From Gemmatimonadota bacterium (GTDB lineage Bacteria > Gemmatimonadota > Gemmatimonadetes > Palauibacterales > KS3-K002): DNA of 37,887 bases. Positions 33,166 to 37,887 of this stretch are shown here, in pieces (positions within the stretch are counted from its first letter, which is position 1; each line of letters starts with the position of its first letter). Under the pieces are notes generated by a model. It had not been told where the DNA came from. It did not search any database and saw nothing but the letters and a program-made list of their open reading frames with translations. Position numbers and translations under genes: made by a program. The DNA lies in contig JBDHAI010000001.1 in assembly GCA_039588155.1 (NCBI GenBank), forward strand, positions 1-37,887, given 5' to 3'.

Positions 33166-34130
33166 GGGCTCGCCTCCCCCAGCGGTGTCGTGCCGGTCGA
33201 GGCGCGCCGAGTCGGGTCGTCCTGCAACCAACAGCGGCAAGTGCGACCGGCGACTATCAGCGGTGGGGCATCGTCTCGGCAGCGGTCCCAGGCGTGGGGG
33301 CAGCGAGGGTGGAAGCGGCAGCCGGCGGGCCAGCTTTTCGGGTTGGGAACGCTCCCAGGTATGACAGCGAGTCGTGGCTGTCTGCGGCCCAAGCGGGGAA
33401 GGGCTTCGAGTAGACCTTCGGTATAGGGATGTGAGGGGCGCTCGAAGACCTCCGCCGCCGTACCGCCCTCGACGGCCTGGCCCGCATACATGACCAGGAC
33501 ACGGTCGGCGATCTGCGAGACGACTCCGAGGTCGTGGCTGACGAAGATGAGGGCCATCCCGAGGCGCGCCTGGAGGTCCGAAAGCAGGTCGAGGATCTCC
33601 GCTTGGATGGTGACGTCGAGCGCCGTGGTGGGTTCGTCGGCGATGACGACGCCGGGTTCGCAGGCGAGCGCCATGGCGATCATGGCGCGCTGCCGCATCC
33701 CCCCGGAGAATTCGTGCGGGTAATCTGTCACCCGGGCGGCGGGGTCCGGAATACCGACCAGCTCGAGCATCTCGATTGCTCTGGCGCGGGCCGCGCGCTT
33801 GTTCGTGGCCTGGTGAGCCCGGATGGTCTCTGAGATCTGGTTGCCGATGGTGTAGACCGGGTTGAGGCTGGTCATCGGTTCCTGGAAAACCATCGAGATG
33901 TCGTTGCCGCGGATCTTCTGCATCTCTTTATCTGGAACCTGAATCAAGTCGCGATCGCGGAAGAGAACGCGACTACCGGCTTCGATGACACCGGGCACCT
34001 CGACGAGCCGCAAAATGGATAGACACGCTATCGTCTTGTCGAAGCTCAAGCCGTCGACCGCGCGGACCACTCCGTCTTCCGTATGGAAGTAGGTGCGAAG
34101 GTTCTCGACGCTCAGGACGATGTCGCTCAC
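33162..34130 (-). CDS. Peptide/nickel ABC transporter ATPase (OppD/DppD-type) lacking the Walker A loop
   Basis: Q-loop MVFQEPMTSLNP, signature FSGGMRQRAMIAMAL, Walker B VVIADEPTTALD and H-loop FVSHDL are present. The region between VDGLSFD and KTIACLSILRL lacks the expected GExGxGK segment. I moved the start to GTG 34130 (GTGA overlap with the OppC stop). Confidence 0.85.
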   Translation of the reverse strand: MSDIVLSVENLRTYFHTEDGVVRAVDGLSFDKTIACLSILRLVEVPGVIEAGSRVLFRDRDLIQVPDKEMQKIRGNDISMVFQEPMTSLNPVYTIGNQISETIRAHQATNKRAARARAIEMLELVGIPDPAARVTDYPHEFSGGMRQRAMIAMALACEPGVVIADEPTTALDVTIQAEILDLLSDLQARLGMALIFVSHDLGVVSQIADRVLVMYAGQAVEGGTAAEVFERPSHPYTEGLLEALPRLGRRQPRLAVIPGSVPNPKSWPAGCRFHPRCPHAWDRCRDDAPPLIVAGRTCRCWLQDDPTRRASTGTTPLGEASP

Positions 34131-35260
34131 GTGCGTATCCTCAGCCTGGGATCGAGAGCATCGCGCAGTCCGTCGCCCACGAGATTGAACGCAACCACCG
34201 TCAGCACGATAGCGAGCCCGGGGAAGGTCGAGACCCACCAGGCCGTCACCATGAACTCGCGGCCATCGTTGATCATGTTGCCCCAGGACGGGGTCGGCGG
34301 CTGCACGCCGAAACCGAGAAACGACAGGCCGGCCTCGATGAGGATGATGTTGCCGAGACCCAGCGTGGCGGCCACGATCACGGGCCCCATCACGTTGGGA
34401 ATGATGTGGCGGAAGATGATACGCGGCGCGCCAAGTCCGAGCACGCGTGCCGCCTGGATGAAGTCACGCTCACGCAGCGATAGGACCTCGCCGCGAACGA
34501 TACGGGCCGTAGATGGCCACAGCGTCAAGCCGAGCACGGCGATGACCAGCGAGATGGAGGGCTCGAACAGCGCGATGACGGCGATCAAGAGCACGAGGCG
34601 CGGGAACGAGATGAGCATATCGACGAAGCGCATCAGAATGGTATCGACCACGCCACCGAAGTAGCCGGCGACCGCCCCGATCAGCGTGCCCAGCGTGATC
34701 GAGATGGCGATAGCTATGAACCCGATGGCCAGGCTTATGCGCGCACCGAAGAGAACGCGAGTCAAGACATCGCGCCCGAAGCGATCGGTTCCCATGAGGT
34801 GATCGAGGGAAGGCGGCAAGTGCCGCGTGGCCGCTACGTCGCCGATCGCGATCGGGTCGTGCGGCGTCAGGTACGCGCCAAGCAGGGTGGCAACATACAA
34901 GAACGCCATGAGATAGAGGCCGAGCAGCGCCGCACGGTTCTTCTTGAACTCGCGCCAAGCCAGCGTCCATTGGGATTGGCTTCCCTCCACGACCCCGGCG
35001 CCCATGGCCGTTGCAGCGCCCAGCTTCCAGACCAGTGCGAGACCTGCGATGAGTGTGAACAGCGCGAGCCAGTAATCGATGCGGCCGGCGGTGAAGGTCG
35101 CCCAGACCCGGTCGAAGGCGAAAACGAGTACCGCGACCAGAAAGAGCGTCGCCATCAGCAGCGAGAGCCCAAGCAACCGCTCACCGCGCCGCAGCTGAGT
35201 CAGCCCGGGAACGAGCGCCGCGAGGCGACGGCGCTTGCCTGCTCCGCTCGCGTCATTCAT
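34127..35260 (-). CDS. Peptide ABC transporter permease (OppC/DppC-type) with an extra N-terminal membrane segment
   Basis: 377 aa. The OppC N-terminal box is WREFKKNRAALLGLYLMA and the BPD-transport EAA region is SLRERDFIQAARVLGLGAPRIIFRHIIPN. It is preceded by roughly 95 extra residues containing two hydrophobic helices. Confidence 0.9.
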   Translation of the reverse strand: MNDASGAGKRRRLAALVPGLTQLRRGERLLGLSLLMATLFLVAVLVFAFDRVWATFTAGRIDYWLALFTLIAGLALVWKLGAATAMGAGVVEGSQSQWTLAWREFKKNRAALLGLYLMAFLYVATLLGAYLTPHDPIAIGDVAATRHLPPSLDHLMGTDRFGRDVLTRVLFGARISLAIGFIAIAISITLGTLIGAVAGYFGGVVDTILMRFVDMLISFPRLVLLIAVIALFEPSISLVIAVLGLTLWPSTARIVRGEVLSLRERDFIQAARVLGLGAPRIIFRHIIPNVMGPVIVAATLGLGNIILIEAGLSFLGFGVQPPTPSWGNMINDGREFMVTAWWVSTFPGLAIVLTVVAFNLVGDGLRDALDPRLRIRT

Positions 35261-36245
35261 AGCGGATCCTCGGATCGACCACCGCGTAGAGCAGGTCGGC
35301 GAGCAGATTGGCCATGACGACCATCACGGCGAACGCGAAGGTCGTGGCCATCACCACGGGGTAGTCGCGCTGGTAGATGGCGTCGACGATGACCTTGCCC
35401 ATACCTGGCCAGGCGAAGACGACTTCCACGAGTACGGCGCCGCTGAAGAGGAACGGCAAGTACAAGCCGAGCAGGGTGATGATCGGCAGGAGCGCGTTCT
35501 TTAAGGCATGTTTGAGTATGACGGAGCGCTCGGGCAGCCCCTTGGCTCGCGCGGTGCGGATGTAGTCCTGGCGAACGACCTCGAGCATCGAGCTGCGCAT
35601 GTAGCGCGAGACGCTCGCCGCCGACGAGACGCCCAACGCAATGGAGGGCAGCACGAGGTGGTGGAGTCGGTCGCTGAGCTTACCCCAGCCGCCGAGTAGA
35701 TCGTAACTCACGCTGGTCATGCCGGAGGCGGGAAATCGCAAGGCGTCGGGCCACCAGTCGACCTGATATACCTTGTAGGCGAAGATCAAGATGAGCATGA
35801 GGCCCAGCCAGAAGCTGGGCATCGAGTAGATGAACAGCGCCCCAAGCGTGAGCAGGTTGTCGAGCAGGGAGTACTGGCGCACCGCCTGCACGATGCCGAG
35901 CACGATCCCGATTCCGAAGATGAGCAGGATGGCGGTCCCGCTAAGGATTAGCGTATTGGGGATTCGCTCGCTGAGAATGGCGGTGACGGGGCGGTTCTGG
36001 GTGAGGCTGACACCAAAGTCCCCCGTCAGGAAGCTTTTCATCCACTTCAGGTACTGGATGTGGATCGGCTGATCCAACCCCCAGTTCTGGCGCATCTGAT
36101 CGAGCACTTCCGGGGAGACGCCAGGGCGCATGAACATCGCCGTAGGGTCGCCGGGCGCGGCGTGCATGACGAGAAAGACCAGTGTGAGGATCCCCAGGAG
36201 GAGTGGGATCGCCTGAAGGAGGCGGCGGATGATGTATGCGGTCAT
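35253..36245 (-). CDS. Peptide ABC transporter permease (OppB/DppB-type)
   Basis: The N-terminus MTAYIIRRLLQAIPLLLGILTLVFLVMHAAPGDP is typical of OppB, and the EAA loop is VVRQDYIRTARAKGLPERSVILKHALKNALLPI. I moved the start to ATG 36245 (ATGA overlap with the OppA stop). Confidence 0.9.
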   Translation of the reverse strand: MTAYIIRRLLQAIPLLLGILTLVFLVMHAAPGDPTAMFMRPGVSPEVLDQMRQNWGLDQPIHIQYLKWMKSFLTGDFGVSLTQNRPVTAILSERIPNTLILSGTAILLIFGIGIVLGIVQAVRQYSLLDNLLTLGALFIYSMPSFWLGLMLILIFAYKVYQVDWWPDALRFPASGMTSVSYDLLGGWGKLSDRLHHLVLPSIALGVSSAASVSRYMRSSMLEVVRQDYIRTARAKGLPERSVILKHALKNALLPIITLLGLYLPFLFSGAVLVEVVFAWPGMGKVIVDAIYQRDYPVVMATTFAFAVMVVMANLLADLLYAVVDPRIRYE

Positions 36246-37879
36246 CGACGGCGACTCGCCGGCTCGATCCACCAGTCCTTGGCGTTAATGAAATCGCCGC
36301 GGATGTCCATCTCGACGTTCCTGACGCTCTCACGCACGGCGTTGGCGCGCACATCGTAATAGAGGAACGTGTAGGGCTGATCCTGCTGCATGATCTGTTG
36401 ATACTCACGCCAGAGCGGGATCGCCGCGGCGCGATCCTCGATCACGACCACTTGCTCCAGAATCTCATCGACCCGTGGATTGCAATAGCCTGCCCACTGG
36501 AAAGCGCCGTCGAGCTCGGAGCACGCGAAGAGCCTGCGGTCATCGAGATTGAAGTCGGCACCCCAGCCCAGCACGAACGCGTCGAAGCGCCTTTCGGAGC
36601 CGGTGATGTCCGCGCGCATACTCTGTGCTTCCTGCGCCCGCACGCGGACTTCGACGCCGACCTGCGCCAGATTCGCCTGAACCAGCGTCATGATATCCTC
36701 GCGCGCCGGGTTGCCGGCGTTGGTCTTCAGCTCGAAGGAGGCCGGCAGGCCAGCGCTCTCACGTACGCCGTCGCCGTCGCGATCGACCCAACCGGCGGCG
36801 TCCAGAAGGGCGGCGGCGCTGTCGGGATCGTAGGGGAGCGGCTGGAGGTCGGCGTCGTACGCCCAATGGAAAGGCGGAATCGGCCCCTTGGCCGTTTGCC
36901 CGAGCCCTTGTTGGACCACGTCGACGATTTCCTGGCGGTTGATAGCGAGGGTCAAGGCGCGGCGAACCCGGGCGTCCTGGAAGAAGGGCAGTCTTTCATT
37001 CCAGTTAATGAACGCGTAGCTGCGATTCGGATACGTGATCAGTCGAGCCGCGGGTTGTGCTCTCACCTCTTCGAGCTGCGAAGGTGCGACGATGAGGTAC
37101 ACGTCCACCTCGCCGGTGAGAAATTCGGCCAGTCGGGTGGTCGGCTCCCCGATGTGCCGGTAAACCAGTCGGTCCACGTAGGGCCGGCCCCCTAACGCCT
37201 CGGGGAAGTCGGGGTTCGCCTCGAACACCCAACGGTCACCGGCGCGGTGCTCGACGAAGCGAAACGGCCCGTTGCCCAAAGGCGCCACGGAACCGAAGCG
37301 ATGTTCGCGCAGGTCGGCCGGCGGCACTTCGCCGAGAATGTGCGCGGGCAGCGGGGCCGTCGTGCGCCAGGGATCCATGAAGCCCGGATGTTTTTGCAGT
37401 CCGAAGCTGATCGTGAACGAATCCAGGACGGTAGCGGAGGTGTAGAGCGCGAAGCGCGATGCACGGGGGTATGCGGTCGCGGGATCCTTGATGCGGTCGA
37501 AGGTGAACTTCACGTCGTACGCTGTAGTCGGCACACCATCGTGCCACGCGACGTCGTCGCGGAGGTAGAACGTCAGCACCATGTCATCTCCGCTGATGAC
37601 CGTGTCCCAACGCTCGGCGAGATAGGGAACGGGCTCGAGCTTGTCGTTGTACTCGATCAACGGCGTGAAGAGAATGTGGTCTTGAAGTTCCTGCGAGATG
37701 TCGTCCGTGCTCGCCAGCTGGTTCAGCGAGTGCGCTTCCATCAGCGAGGCAACGACGACCGTGCCGCCGTAACGGAGGGAGTCGGGTAGGCCGTCGGCGT
37801 CCGCAGCCGGATCTCGAACATCTCCACACGCCGTGAGCGCCAGGGAGCACGCCCAGGCCGCGACGAGGATTCTACTCAT
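36242..37879 (-). CDS. ABC transporter substrate-binding lipoprotein, family 5 (OppA/DppA-like)
   Basis: 545 aa with lipobox LALTAC. It has the size and motif pattern of SBP family 5 (e.g. WHDGVPTTAYDVKFTF, GNGPFRFVEH) and is the first gene of the opp-type operon. Confidence 0.9.
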   Translation of the reverse strand: MSRILVAAWACSLALTACGDVRDPAADADGLPDSLRYGGTVVVASLMEAHSLNQLASTDDISQELQDHILFTPLIEYNDKLEPVPYLAERWDTVISGDDMVLTFYLRDDVAWHDGVPTTAYDVKFTFDRIKDPATAYPRASRFALYTSATVLDSFTISFGLQKHPGFMDPWRTTAPLPAHILGEVPPADLREHRFGSVAPLGNGPFRFVEHRAGDRWVFEANPDFPEALGGRPYVDRLVYRHIGEPTTRLAEFLTGEVDVYLIVAPSQLEEVRAQPAARLITYPNRSYAFINWNERLPFFQDARVRRALTLAINRQEIVDVVQQGLGQTAKGPIPPFHWAYDADLQPLPYDPDSAAALLDAAGWVDRDGDGVRESAGLPASFELKTNAGNPAREDIMTLVQANLAQVGVEVRVRAQEAQSMRADITGSERRFDAFVLGWGADFNLDDRRLFACSELDGAFQWAGYCNPRVDEILEQVVVIEDRAAAIPLWREYQQIMQQDQPYTFLYYDVRANAVRESVRNVEMDIRGDFINAKDWWIEPASRRR

Positions 37880-37887
37880 AACTTTAG

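Noticed and set aside
1-37887. Search by eye for tRNA, rRNA, CRISPR arrays, integrases, transposases and phage or toxin-antitoxin modules
   Set aside because: The intergenic regions are short (mostly under 270 bp) and contain no cloverleaf-like or regularly repeated sequences. No ORF shows recombinase, transposase or typical defence-system motifs. I cannot exclude small ncRNAs without covariance-model searches.

Overview
GC-rich (strong GC3 bias) chromosomal segment of a diderm bacterium. The GWxTD-domain lipoprotein, the short RpoD-like sigma factor and the many GTGA/ATGA-coupled operons suggest a Gemmatimonadota/Acidobacteriota-like lineage, but that is inference only. I can support 30 protein-coding genes (24 on the minus strand, 6 on the plus strand) and a few terminators and promoters. 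I recognised no rRNA, tRNA, CRISPR array, transposase, integrase or phage genes. Gene order, left to right: partial sigma-70 factor; ABC-2 exporter (permease + ATPase); FKBP lipoprotein; a 723-aa secreted repeat protein with an aromatic/Gly segment and an R/Q/S-rich tail; radical SAM/SPASM-like enzyme divergent from a PP2C phosphatase; SAMHD1-like HD phosphohydrolase; YfhL-type ferredoxin; MaeB malic enzyme; a six-gene arsR-tolC-MFP-RND-PII-like-DUF2892 efflux operon; a plus-strand envelope cluster (RemA/DUF370-like small protein, single-POTRA Omp85, DUF547, large Omp85-like barrel); PolA; a cold-shock gene with near-consensus promoter and strong terminator; Slt-type lytic transglycosylase; GWxTD lipoprotein coupled to an ExbB/TolQ-like channel; and an oppABCDF-type peptide ABC operon. 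The points most worth a second look are these. (1) A perfect 41-bp-arm fold-back duplication (65 bp inserted) frameshifts the large Omp85-like gene. (2) The OppD ATPase has lost its Walker A loop in frame. (3) The ArsR/YgaV-like plus DUF2892/YgaP-like pair brackets an AcrB-type RND pump and a P-II-like protein, with an 18-bp perfect palindrome operator. (4) An ExbB-like channel has no ExbD partner and is translationally coupled to a GWxTD lipoprotein. (5) A truncated RemA-like small protein heads the Omp85/DUF547 cluster. I found no clear-cut new defence or mobile system, and all functional calls rest on motif recognition without database searches.
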